In this document: piece after piece, positions 1 through 11,700 of the stretch
Position numbering within the stretch: the first letter of the stretch is position 1
How the letters are laid out: the number at the start of each line of letters is the position of its first letter
Assembly: GCA_965235115.1 (NCBI GenBank)
Contig: OZ249436.1
Location: 46,502,001 to 46,566,000, forward strand
From: Laetmonice hystrix
Lineage: Eukaryota
DNA: 64,000 nucleotides
Direction: 5' to 3'
The notes under the pieces: generated by a model
Database searches by the model: none
Seen by the model: only the letters and a program-made list of their open reading frames with translations
What the model was told of the DNA's origin: nothing
Program-made: the position numbers and the translations under genes

Positions 1-760
1 CTTCAACAATTTACAAGTTATAGCCCTGCGAAAATATAGGTGAAGTCGTTATGACGTCATAGGTCACGTGACCTCCAAATTAATGGTGTCAATTGAAACA
101 CCATATATGACTTCCTATTCGTGTTCAATAGTAACTATGGCCCTATCTGCCACCGTTTACAAGTTATAGCCCTGAGAACATATTGGCGACCTTGATATGA
201 CGTCATAGGTCACGTGACTTGAAAAATATGGGTGCATAATAAAAGAGCATATATGACTTCCTATTAGTGTTTAATAGTAACTATGGCTCTATCTTCAACC
301 ATTTACAAGTTATGGCCCTGGGAAAATATAGGTGACGTCGTTATGACGTCAGAGGTCACGTGACCTACAAAACAATGGTGCCAAAGGAAAGGCCATATAT
401 GACTTCATATTCATGTTCAATAGTAACTGTCGCCCTATCTGGCACCGTTTACGAGTTATAGCCCTAGGGACATGTTGGCAACCCTGCTATGACGTCATAG
501 GTCACGTGACATGGAAAATGAAGGTGTATAATGAAAGAGCATATATGACTTCCTATAAGTGTTTAATAGTAACTATGGCTCTATCTTCAACCATTTACAA
601 GTTATAACCCTGGGAAAATATAGGTGACGTCGTTATGACGTCATAGGTCACGTGACCTACAAAATAATGGTGTCAAATGAAAGACGATATATGACTTCCT
701 ATTCATGTTCAATAGTAACTGTGGCCCTATCTGGCACCTTTTACAAGTTATACCCATAAA
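1..760. repeat. 146-bp satellite inside the HINE (about 5 copies)
   Basis: ATGACGTCA(T/G)AGGTCACGTGA recurs at 51, 197, 343, 489 and 635 (period 146). Confidence 0.95.
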
Positions 761-1322
761 TGTCTCAACTGACCGCTGTTGAAAACTTTAAGGTCACGTG
801 GCTCAGTAAATATAGGTCAAATGGCTAATCCCTCTTTGTATGTTTTAAACCTTTCGATGTAGAGTGGTAGTACCTGATATTGTCAAATTTTACCAACAAA
901 TGGGGAAGGGGTAGCGATTCAACCCGATTCTGACCCAGTAGCCAGTTCTCCCTAAGGTCAAAGGTCAAAGGTCAAATGAAGGGTCGACTTGAGACAGGAT
1001 CCTTGCCTGATTAAGACGCCATGATGGGTTTTGAAAATTTCGAATATGACCTTTAAAAATATGGCCCCAATGTGTAAGACACGTTTGACGTCATGACGTC
1101 ATGACGTGACGTGACGTGACGTCATGATTGATTGTGTGACCTGACTTTGTCATGGTCAAGATCTGAGCCAAGTTTGATTGAGATATCTTGAAAACTGACT
1201 GAGATACAGGCACTGTTTACTACTACTACTACTACTACTACTACAACGCAAAGAATAATAATAATAGGGAAGACGAAACCAGACAATTTCAAGATCCCAT
1301 CCCCTGACGGGGGATGGGATAA
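1..1322 (-). mobile_element. Non-autonomous Helentron-associated element (HINE/DINE-1-like); 3' end lies outside the window
   Basis: The minus strand begins TTATCCCATCCCC..GGGGATGGGAT (subTIR plus inverted repeat, plus-strand ~1293-1322). A (GTA)n microsatellite (~1218-1243), a conserved core and internal 146-bp tandem repeats follow. The elements at 46109-53353 have the same architecture. Confidence 0.75.
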
Positions 1323-1383
1323 TAATAGGGAAGACGAAACCGTACAATCTGAAGATCCCATCCCCCTGTAGGGGATGGGATAA
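1323..1383 (-). mobile_element. Displaced 5' terminus of a second (host) HINE
   Basis: GGGAAGACGAAACCGTACAATCTGAAGATCCCATCCCCCTGTAGGGGATGGGATAA directly follows the first terminus and is essentially identical to 53293-53353. Confidence 0.75.
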
Positions 1384-2129
1384 TGATTACCCAGAGATTT
1401 TGCCGGCAGAAAACACCAGGGTGCAGCTGACGGCGCTGACTGCACTGCCGCCTTCCGGCCAGCGGTGGAATCATCACGTACACCCTGCCGGGCTGGCAGG
1501 CACCTGTGGCCCTTAGGCGAGAGACCGGTTAAAACAAGGATAAGCGAAAAATGGCTACATTTTTGATACGTCAAATTGAAACTACGGCCCCCAAAATTAT
1601 TATTCTTAGGCCAGATGTATAACTGTCAAGCGTATAGGTCTCGTACGTTCGCTACAGATATATGGTTGTGATGTGTACACTTCCCATTTGAGTATCTTCT
1701 CGAGATTTTAACATTAGATGCTCCTCGCCTGTACCTTTCATTTCCACTACCTCACTGTAGTGTTTGCATGGCTACTATAGGCCAGCTGGTAAGATGTAGG
1801 GACTTCTCACTCTACTGGTTCGCCTCCCACACTGCTTGGCTCCACAGTGTAGGCCTACTCTTTGGCCTCACTGTACTCTTTGGCCTCACTGTAGTGTTCG
1901 TTTGGGTGCTAGGCCAGCCAGTATACCTTGTAGCGATTCCTCCCCGTACTGTTTGGCCTCCCTGTACCGTTTGCTTGTATACAAGAGTAGCCAGTAGTAT
2001 AGGGACGCCTCATGTTTCAGTTTTCATGCCTTTATTGTCCAGGAGGCAGGCCATACATTTCGTCTATCATCTACTCCCATCTAATCTGTGTCCCCTACAA
2101 ACCATCTGTAAAGTGCCAGATCCACTAAG

Positions 2130-2480
2130 CCGAATCTCTTGCGAATTTGCCGTCGCGCCGAATTCGCATGATCTCATGAGCTGTCGGCGCGAATTTCGCT
2201 GTAGTGGATCAGGTATTCGCATGAGATTCGCACGATCTCATGCGAATTCGCTTGGCCATGAGAATGCCAACCGACAAAATGCCAACGTAAATGACACGTA
2301 TTTCTTGCGAATTTGCCGTCGCGCCGAATTCGCCTAATCTTATGAGCTGTCGGCGTGCAAATCGCTGTAGTGGATCAGGCGTTCGGTTGAGATTTGCATG
2401 TCGCATGGGAATTCGCGTGGCCATGAGAATGCAAAGCGAAAATATTCAAACGTTTAGAAATGTTCGCATGGCTCGCTTGT
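2130..2480. repeat. Left subterminal repeats of the Harbinger-like element
   Basis: The block TCTTGCGAATTTGCCGTCGCGCCGAATTCGC...CGCTGTAGTGGATCAGG occurs twice, about 167 bp apart, with many ATTCGC motifs. Confidence 0.8.
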
Positions 2481-2789
2481 GATCGCTTCACTTCTCCAAG
2501 ATAGCCAACTTTGCTGTCCGGGCGGCGTTTTTAGTTACCGAGATTGATACTAGGTGGCAGGGGCCGGTCATGACCAAATCTGGGATCGTACACAAACCAG
2601 CGACAACTTGGTCGCTTTTGGCACGGTGGTTTGAGCTCTTCCGTCAGCTGTGACAGGGAGGAGGCCTACGTTAGCCGGTCGCCACGCTCGCAGTTATGCG
2701 AATACCTACCGCCTGTGGCGAGTTCCACTGCCAAAACCCAGCCCGGTCACTCTACAAGGCCGTAGTCTACTACGCCCTGCCTAGGTCGC

Positions 2790-5700
2790 GCCGGTGTGGC
2801 GTAGGCCTGTAGCTTCTGCCGTACTGTACATTCCGCTCAGCCATAGATACTATACCCTGCTTGGAGCCATCACTGACCGAGACTTGGACGCACCATGTCC
2901 CGTCAGCATGAAGTTGACCTCTCGGTGTCCTGCCGCGAAAGCTTCTTTAACTGGCATAATCCAGCTAGTTTTCCATTTTACACAGAATACGTACGCCCGA
3001 TACTTACAACTAGACCTGTCGTGGTGAAAACCACGATGGATCCCATCCCTTGGGGGGCGTGTCCCTATGACTTAGTAAGGTCATTATGACGTTTATAAAT
3101 GTTGGTGTCAATTCAAAGAGCATGTATGATTTCCTATTCATGTTCAATAGTAACCATGGCTTTATCTCCCACCAGTTATGAGTTATAGGCCTTAGAAAAT
3201 ATAGATAACGCCACTATGACGTCATACGTCACGCTACGTCATTAAACTTGGCCTCAATTGAAAGAGCATGTATGACTTCCTATTCGTGTTCAATAGTAAC
3301 TATGGTCCTATCTTGCACTGTTTTCGACTTATAGGCCATAGAAGATACCAATGACGTCATTATGACGTCATACGTCACGCTACCTAATAAATGTTGGTGT
3401 CAATTGAAACAGCATGTATGCCTTCCTATTCATGTTCAATAGTAACCATGGCTTTATCTCCCACCGTTTAGGAGTTATAGGCCCTAGAAAATATTGATGA
3501 CGTCATTGTACGTCATGACGTTACGTCATGTGACGTCATGACTCATTGTCAAATCAGAGTTGGTGACTATTAACATGTCCACCAAGTTTGACTTAGATAT
3601 CTTGAAAAACGACTGAGATATGACTCCTGACGTCATGATGACGTCATACGTCACGCTACCTAATAAATGTAGGTGTCAATTGAAAGAGCATGTATGACTT
3701 CCACACTGAAATCTGGGTCAAAGGGCAGCCTGAGGTGACCCCGTACGGGATGCCGTTAGATCCTAGTATGGAGCGCATGCGAAATAACTATGATCTAATT
3801 TTAATTAGATTGGCCTAACTATAATTCTAAATCTATAAATCTTGGTGTCAATTGAAAGAGCATACAAAGTATATGGTTTCCAATTCCTGTTCAATAGTAA
3901 GAATGGCTCTATCTTGCAGCGTTTACGAGTTATAGGCTTAAGAAAATAATGTTAACATCATTATAACCTCATACGTCATGCTCTTCCTTTCATGCAGGCA
4001 CAGATCCAGCAGTGAACGAAAGGAGGGGCACCAAAGGTGCGAGGTGAACGTTGGCGGGGGGGGGTAATAGAAATAAATAGAGATAGAAATAGAAATAATG
4101 GAAATAGAAGTAATAGAAATAAATAGAGATCGTCACAATGCAGATGGTTCCATTAATTTCCACTACTTCTAAGAAAACGCGCGCGTCGCTCGCGTCGCAT
4201 GCATCCAGTGAGGATCCCGCTTAACAGCTTCTGATTTTAAAAATTTTCGAGACCCCCTGCTGAATATCCGGGACACGCGCCTGTATTTAGGCCTGGCCTA
4301 ATAATAATTTATGTCCATTTTATAAAAAAAGAAGTGGGAATCCGTTCCTGGCATGTTGTCACTGACAAGTAATTTCCTGTATAATTTAGTATTATACATA
4401 AATGATACCATCAGACATTAACTTAACAGTTCAATGTGTTTAATTACTCTGCTAATTTTCCCTTTTTCATCCCAGTAACATGTTTCATTACAGCTATATT
4501 CCCGTTTGTTAACATTTCTATTTGATAGTTGGGAGAATAACTCAGTAGAGTCGTTGCTTGAGGTCTGAAGCTTTAATTCGTGAGGCACATGGTTGTCTTT
4601 TTCGACCAATATGCCACGCGGTCAGTGGTCTATACAGGTACGTTTGAAGGGACGTGTGGAGGCGAGTTTACCAGTAGGCCTACATGGAAACGTGTACTAA
4701 AAATATTATTTAAAAATAGAAGATCAAACTGTAGAGTAAACCTAACGTACCTATATCGTACCATCAAAACATACATGTTGAGTTCAAGTGTTTGTTATAT
4801 ACATGTATAAACCATGGTTAGACATAGTGATGGAATTAAACTGAGCACATTTTGCCTGGTGACCAGCTCTATCCTAACTAAGCTGTACCAATGCACCTGT
4901 GTATCTATAAAGCAGCAGAGGGACTCATAGCTGTGTTGAAATGCGCCTATGGATGGGTCTGAAACTTCCTGGTTTATTTCTCTGTTCCTGTTGTAAGAAT
5001 ATCTTCCTGAATACCGACAGTTGTACCGGGTCTAACTATAAACCGCCGGTTTTCTTTAACCCCATTTATGGATCTCTTCTGTAAAGACTCTTAAAAACCA
5101 GATATTCATTATTTCTCATAGGGCGACCCTGTTCCTGTACCATTTCTTCAGACACATCTAGCTGATGTTAGCCGTTCGAACGTAGACTCTATGTAGCCGG
5201 AACAGACCCTCTGTCTCGGACCCCCACAGGCCTACTCCCTTCCGCTATTATTGTCAGAGCGTGCAAGCATTGCACTGCCTGTGTGTGCCACTCCAGTGGG
5301 AGCCAAGCAGCGGTACCTGTCTGCAGGCCCCACTGAGCGTCCCGTGCGTGTGACGACGCGTCTCTGCCGCATGAAACCTTTGTTTAAAACTCATTGTTTT
5401 TTCATAATAAATATAGCTTTCCCACAAGTGAATTTTATATTATCTGAAAGAGGACAGATTAAGCTTCCTGTAGACTAAATATCATTGAAATGAAATGATT
5501 ATTTTATGGAGCAAATGTGAGGGGGACTTTGGGGAAAGACTGAATGTTCCCAAACTGTTGACAGATGGTGGGGGTCAAAAGGTAGGTCAGTAGGTCACTT
5601 AGAGAATGGTCAAATTCGCCACCTTCTTCACGTTCTTCTCTTAACTAATGGATCTCTGTGTTGTTAATTATATATTTTTCTAATTAAAATTTATATTATG

Positions 5701-7020
5701 TTAAAGTAGACAGTTTCAAGTCCCCAGCCATAATGTTTGTTTTTTTTTTAAATATCAACATGAGCTTTAAAAATGACCTCAAGTTTCAAAATACGTTTGA
5801 TGTCATGAGGTCATGACGTGACGTGACATGATGTCATGACTCACTGCCTGATTAGACTTTGTCATTATAAAGATGTGTGCCAAATTTCATTGAGATATAT
5901 TGAAAAATGACTGCGATAGACATACATGTTTACAGTTACTACAGTTGCGCCGCGTAAAAATGACGTTATAGATGACGTCACAAGTCATGTAAGAAAAAAA
6001 TTATGGTACCTAATTAAAGAGGACATACACCTTTATACAGTTCATGAACAATTATGGCTCTGTCTTAAATCTTTCAAGAGTTACAGCCAGGAATCTTCCA
6101 AATGACCTAATTTTAAAACTTGCAGGTCACGTGGTTCAGTAAATAGGGCGTAAACCCCTAAAAATTATGGTGCCAAATGAAAGAGCATATCACTTCCTAT
6201 CTGTGTACAATAAAAAACATGGCCCTTATAGACAAGCATCTTCGAGTTTTAGCCATATATAGCTATGTTGACCACTGTTCAAAACTTTCAGGTCACGTGA
6301 CTCAGCGAAAATAGGTCAAATCAATTGTAGCAAAGGGGATTCCTTTGAATCTCTCCCCAGAGACTATCCCTGTGCAATTTCATAAAATTTTACTGAAAAT
6401 TGAGGAAGAAGTAGGGATTTAATCGATTTTCGACCTAGGACCCAGTTCTCCCTAAGGTCAAAGGTCAAAGGTCAAATGAAGGGTCAGTCTTAGGCAAGAC
6501 CCTTGCCTGATCAAAATGCCATGATAGATATTGTAAATTCCCAATATGAACTTTAAAAATGGTCCCCAATATCCCAAAAATTTGACGTCATGACGCTGAC
6601 GTCACGTCACGTCATGACTCATTGTCTGACCAGACTTCGTCATGGTCAAGATGCGTACCAAGTTTGATTGAGATATCTTGAAAAATGACCGAGTTATGAC
6701 ATAGTGTTAACAAATGTTAACAACTTGTTAACAACTACAATTTCAAGATCCCATCCCCTCCGGGGGGATGGGATAATAACCCCTGGTGGCACTACAAATG
6801 TTTAGATTGGGTTTTATAAAAATACAATTTAAATAAGTACACAATCGTGTACGATTGCCCAGTGCCCGACAAGTCACGGCCAGAGAGACCGGCTGCCCAA
6901 CTGCACTCTTGCGGCTATTGGTGCGTGCAAGTCCCGGTCAGTGACAGCTCCCATTGCAGCCGGAAAGGTGCCTGAGCGGAATGTACAGTACAACGGTAGC
7001 TAGAGTACGCCACACCGACC
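2790..7020. mobile_element. Foldback/MITE-like element with long inverted arms, split by the HINE at 3010-6776
   Basis: Motifs at 2790-2900 (CGGTGTGGCGTA, GTACTGTACATTCCGCTCAG, GGAGCCATCACTGACCGAGACTTGGACGCACCA) are reverse-complemented at about 6915-7020. The exact termini and TSD were not resolved. Confidence 0.55.
3010..6776 (-). mobile_element. Long HINE-like element with internal cargo
   Basis: The 3' end at 3010 is CTAG plus the hairpin TCGTGGT-GAAA-ACCACGA plus GATCCCATCCC. The 5' subTIR/IR GATCCCATCCCCTCCGGGGGGATGGGATAA ends at 6776. It contains degenerate 146-bp-family repeats and the AGGTCA-triplet core. Confidence 0.75.
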
Positions 7021-7034
7021 CTCAGTGCCAGTGT

Positions 7035-7810
7035 ACTATGAAATATTGTTGCCTATGAAATATTGCAGCATTGCGTCACTGCATTATTTCACAGCCTGTA
7101 GCTATGAAATATTGCTGCCTATGAAATATTGCAGTGACGCAATACTGCAATATTTCATAGCCTGTATTATTTCATAGCCTGTAGCTATGAAATATTGCTG
7201 CCTATGAAATATTGCAGTATTGCATCACTGCATTATTTCATAGTTCATAGGCAGCAATATTTCATAGCCTGTAGCTATGAAATATTGCATAGCCTATAGC
7301 TATGGAATAATGCCGCCTATGAAATATTGCAGTCATGAAGTAGCCTAGTCCATGTACTGCAATATTCCAAGGACTGCAATATTTCATAGCTATAGCTATG
7401 GAATAATGCCGCCTATGAAATATTGCAGTTAAGAAAATGCTGCAATACTCTACAGACTGCAATATTTCATAGCTATAGCTATGGAATAATGTCGCCTATG
7501 AAATATTGCAGTCATGAAATAGCCTAGTAGGCCTACTGCAATATTTCACGGACTGCAATATTTCATAGCCTATAGCTATGAAATAATGCCGCTTATGAAA
7601 TATTGCAGTCATGAAATAGACTAGTACTGCAATATTCCACGGACTGCAATATTTTATAGCCTATAGCTATGGAATAATGCCGCCTATGAAATATTGCAGT
7701 CATGAAATATTGCAGTACGAAAGCGCAATGCGGCAATATTTCATGACTGCAATATTTCATAGCCAATGGGTATGAAAAATTGCAGTCATGAAATATTGCA
7801 AGAATATTGG
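7035..7810. repeat. AT-rich minisatellite built from alternating inverted CTATGAAATATTGCAG / CTGCAATATTTCATAG motifs
   Basis: Dozens of the motif and its reverse complement are directly visible, with a loose ~90-bp higher unit at 7300-7700. Confidence 0.9.
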
Positions 7811-8264
7811 TATGAGAGGGCCACATGTGTAGAGTTATCCTAAAGACAGCTGATTCCTAAAATAAAGTTCACTACACACAGCTGGGAAATAAAATACTTT
7901 TCTTTTAAGAAACAGCAAACTTTTTATATTATACAGAGAAATTAAGACTGTTTAATATTGTAATGAACTATGGTTACCTAAATAAAAATAGTAGTTTATT
8001 AACAACTGTGGCTAAAACTTTTTTCGTTTGGCCCGTTTTTCCCAGTTGTTAGCCATTGTGGCTCAGACCCAAAATTCACTAGCGTACTCCCTGTAATGAA
8101 TATAATTGCAGTCGCAATGGTTGCTACCACAAAATTTATCGGCATCCCCATGTTGATCGGCGAACATGAGGCCTGGGTGAACTTGGACACGAATGATTTC
8201 AAAGGGTAATCTAGTGTAGGCTAGGCCTAACCCGTTATTCAGTCCCGGCTACCAATACGCTCAG

Positions 8265-8410
8265 ACATTCGCATGAGAAATTCGCATGAATCGCTGTAGG
8301 GGATTTGCCATTCGCAAGAGAAATTCGCATGAATCGCTGTAGTGGATTTGCCATTCGCAAGAGAAATTCGCATGAATCGCTGTAGTGGATCTGCCATTCG
8401 CCTGGGATTC
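8265..8410. repeat. 43-bp right subterminal tandem repeat of the Harbinger-like element
   Basis: GAGAAATTCGCATGAATCGCTGTAGTGGATTTGCCATTCGCAA starts at 8275, 8318 and 8361. Confidence 0.9.
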
Positions 8411-8630
8411 GCATCAGTCGCAACATTCGCATGATCGCATGTGTCGCATGAGAATTTCAATGCGAATGTCGTCGCCTTAGTGGATCTGGCCCATAAGCGT
8501 CCGACAACGTTGTCAGGGCGTCCCAATGACTATTTGCCGTCAAGGTTTAGTTAACAATGGCAAATGACGTGGAACGCCTATTCTATATGAGATATCCCAT
8601 CCCCAAGTAACAAACAAACAAAAGATGATT

Positions 8631-8772
8631 ACCCAGAGATTTTGCCGGCAGAAAACACCAGGGTGCAGCTGACGGCGCTGACTGCACTGCCGCCTTCCGG
8701 CCAGCGGTGGAATCACCACGTACACCTGGCCGGGCTGGCAGGCACCTGTGGCCCTTAGGCGAGAGACAGGTT
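8631..8772 (-). ncRNA. Candidate structured RNA block in each 855-bp monomer (representative copy; family unassigned)
   Basis: The minus strand folds by eye into four consecutive stems: ACCTGT/ACAGGT; TGCCTGCC..CCGGCCAG..GGTG/CACC..CTGGCCGG..GGCGGCA; GTGCAG/CTGCAC; ACCC..TTTT/AAAA..GGGT. No match to a known RNA family was recognised. Confidence 0.25.
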
Positions 8773-11700
8773 AAAGCAATGATAAGCGAAAAATGGCTAC
8801 ATTTTTGATACGTCAAATTGAAACTACGGCCCCCAAAATTATTATTCTTAGACCAGATGTATAACTGTCAAGCGTATAGGTCTCGTACGTTCGCTACAGA
8901 TATATGGTTGTGATGTGTACACTTCCCATTTGAGTATCTTCTCCAGATTTTAACATTAGATGCTCCTCGCCTGTACCTTTCATTTCCACTACCTCACTGT
9001 AGTGTTTGCATGGCTACTATAGGCCAGCTAATAAGATGTAGGGACTTCTCACTCTACTGGTTGGCCTCCCACACTGCTTAATTGGCTCCACAGTGTACTG
9101 TTTGGCCTCACTGTACTCTTTGGCCTCACTGTAGTGTTCGTTTGGGTGCTAGGCCAGCCAGTATACCTTGTAGCGATTCCTCCCCGTACTGTTTGGCCTC
9201 CCTGTACCGTTTGCTTGTATACAAGAGTAGCCAGTAGTATAGGGACGCCTCATGTTTCAGTTTCCATGCCTTTATTGTCCAGGAGGCAGGACATACGTTT
9301 CGTCTATCATCTACTCCCATCTTATCTGTGTCCCCTACAGACCATCTGTAAGCGTCCGACAACGTTGTCAGGTCGTCCCAATGACTGTTTGCCGTCAAGG
9401 TTTAGTTAACAATGGCAAATGACGTTGTACGCCTATTCTATATCAGATATCCCCTCCCCAAGTAACAAACAAACAAACAAAGGATGATTACCCAGAGATG
9501 TTGCCGGCAGAAAACACCAAGGTGCAGCTGACGGCGCTGACTGCACTGCCGCCTTCCGGACAGCGGTGGAATCACCACGTACACCTGGCCGGGCTGGCAG
9601 GCACCTGTGGCCCTTAGGCGAGAGACAGGTTAAAGCAATGATAAGCGAAAAATGGCTACATTTTTGATACGTCAAATTGAAACTACGGCCCCCAAAATTA
9701 TTATTCTTAGGCCAGATGTATAACTGTCAAGCGTATAGGTCTCGTACGTTCGCTACAGATATATGGTTGTGATGTGTACACTTCCCATTTGAGTATCTTC
9801 TCCAGATTTTAACATTAGATGCTCCTCGCCTGTACCTTTCATTTCCACTACCTCACTGTAGTGTTTGCATGGCTACTATAGGCCAGCTGATAAGATGTAG
9901 GGACTTCTCACTCTACTGGTTGGCCTCCCACACTGCTTAATTGGCTCCACAGTGTACTGTTTGGCCTCACTGTACTCTTTGGCCTCACTGTAGTTTTCGT
10001 TTGGGTGCTAGGCCAGCCAGTATACCTTGTACCGATTCCTCCCCGTACTGTTTGGCCTCCCTGTACCGTTTGCTTGTATACAAGAGTAGCCAGTAGTATA
10101 GGGACGCCTCATGTTTCAGTTTCCATGCCTTTATTGTCCAGGAGGCAGGACATACGTTTCGTCTATCATCTACTCCTATCTTATCTGTGTCCCCTACAGA
10201 CCATCTGTAAGCGTCCGACAACGTTGTCAGGTCGTCCCAATGACTGTTTGCCGTCAAGGTTTAGTTAACAATGGCAAATGACGTTGTACGCCTATTCTAT
10301 ATCAGATATCCCATCCCCAAGTAAAAAACAAACAAACAAAGGATGATTACCCAGAGATTTTGCCGGCAGAAAACACCAGGGTGCAGCTGACGGCGCTGAC
10401 TGCACTGCCGCCTTCCGGCCAGCGGTGGAATCATCACGTACACCCTGCCGGGCTGGCAGGCACCTGTGGCCCTTAGGCGAGAGACCGGTTAAAACAAGGA
10501 TAAGCGAAAAATGGCTACATTTTTGATACGTCAAATTGAAACTACGGCCCCCAAAATTATTATTCTTAGGCCAGATGTATAACTGTCAAGCGTATAGGTC
10601 TCGTACGTTCGCTACAGATATATGGTTGTGATGTGTACACTTCCCATTTGAGTATCTTCTCGAGATTTTAACATTAGATGCTCCTCGCCTGTACCTTTCA
10701 TTTCCACTACCTCACTGTAGTGTTTGCATGGCTACTATAGGCCAGCTGGTAAGATGTAGGGACTTCTCACTCTACTGGTTCGCCTCCCACACTGCTTGGC
10801 TCCACAGTGTAGGCCTACTCTTTGGCCTCACTGTACTCTTTGGCCTCACTGTAGTGTTCGTTTGGGTGCTAGGCCAGCCAGTATACCTTGTAGCGATTCC
10901 TCCCCGTACTGTTTGGCCTCCCTGTACCATTTGCTTGTATACAAGAGTAGCCAGTAGTATAGGGACGCCTCATGTTTCAGTTTCCATGCCTTTATTGTCC
11001 AGGAGGCAGGACATACGTTTCGTCTATCATCTACTCCCATCTTATCTGTGTCCCCTACAGACCATCTGTAAGCGTCCGACAACGTTGTCAGGTCGTCCCA
11101 ATGACTGTTTGCCGTCAAGGTTGAGTTAACAATGGCAAATGACGTTGTACGCCTATTCTATATCAGATATCCCATCCCCAAGTAACAAACAAACAAAAGA
11201 TGATTACCCAGAGATTTTGCCGGCAGAAAACACCAGGGTGCAGCTGACGGCGCTGACTGCACTGCCGCCTTCCGGCCAGCGGTGGAATCACCACGTACAC
11301 CTGGCCGGGCTGGCAGGCACCTGTGGCCCTTAGGCGAGAGACAGGTTAAAGCAAGAATAAGCGAAAAATGGCTACATTTTTGATACGTCAAATTGAAACT
11401 ACGGCCCCCAAAATTATTATTCTTAGACCAGATGTATAACTGTCAAGCGTATAGGTCTCGTACCTTCGCTACAGATATATGGTTGTGATGTGTACACTTC
11501 CCATTTGAGTATCTTCTCCAGATTTTAACATTAGATGCTCCTCGCCTGTACCTTTCATTTCCACTACCTCACTGTAGTGTTTGCATGGCTACTATAGGCC
11601 AGCTAATAAGATGTAGGGACTTCTCACTCTACTGGTTGGCCTCCCACACTGCTTAATTGGCTCCACAGTGTACTGTTTGGCCTCACTGTACTCTTTGGCC

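Larger units (their letters stand above)
2112..8493. mobile_element. PIF/Harbinger-like non-autonomous TIR element with nested insertions
   Basis: The imperfect TIRs are AGTGCCAGATCCACTAAGCCGA (2112) and TCGCCTTAGTGGATCTGGCCCA (ends 8493). TAA is duplicated at 2109-2111 and 8494-8496. Intact monomers show the empty site CCATCTGTAAGCGTCC. TAA/TTA target duplication is typical of PIF/Harbinger. No transposase ORF was seen. Confidence 0.85.

Noticed and set aside
1122..1574. 150-aa ORF with a poly-Val tract (and similar ORFs at 53096-53541)
   Set aside because: It is a read-through across the monomer/HINE junction, and the poly-Val/Ser tract is the (GTA)n microsatellite.
4930..5030. Minus-strand peptide IFLQQEQRNKPGSFRPI, faintly like a retroelement RT motif
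   Set aside because: It is very short and surrounded by stop codons, and no YxDD motif was seen. A tblastx or HMM search would be needed.
7999..8202. 67-aa hydrophobic ORF inside the Harbinger-like element
   Set aside because: It is short and has no transposase or Myb-like features, so it is unsupported.
8625..8700. U1 snRNA-like (ATGATTACCCAG..CCAGGG..TGCAC)
   Set aside because: It lacks ATACTTACCTG, the U1-70K loop and correct Sm-site spacing.
8728..8755. GCCGGGCTGGCAGGCACCTGT resembles the 7SL/Alu 5' end
   Set aside because: None of the downstream SRP RNA motifs follow, so it is probably a chance match.
8631..8800. Hammerhead, HDV-like or twister ribozyme in the monomer (retrozyme hypothesis)
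   Set aside because: I found no CTGANGA...GAAA core on either strand, and the HDV P2/P3/L3 pseudoknot could not be built by eye. It is kept only as an unassigned structured block.
10728..11129. Repeated 131-133 aa ORF (MATIGQ...) and the overlapping 64-90 aa ORFs as a tandem gene family
   Set aside because: There is no recognisable domain. The ORF is broken by 4-bp insertions, stops and a lost start codon in many monomers. Its hydrophobic stretch comes from an 18-bp internal repeat (CTTTGGCCTCACTGTACT).
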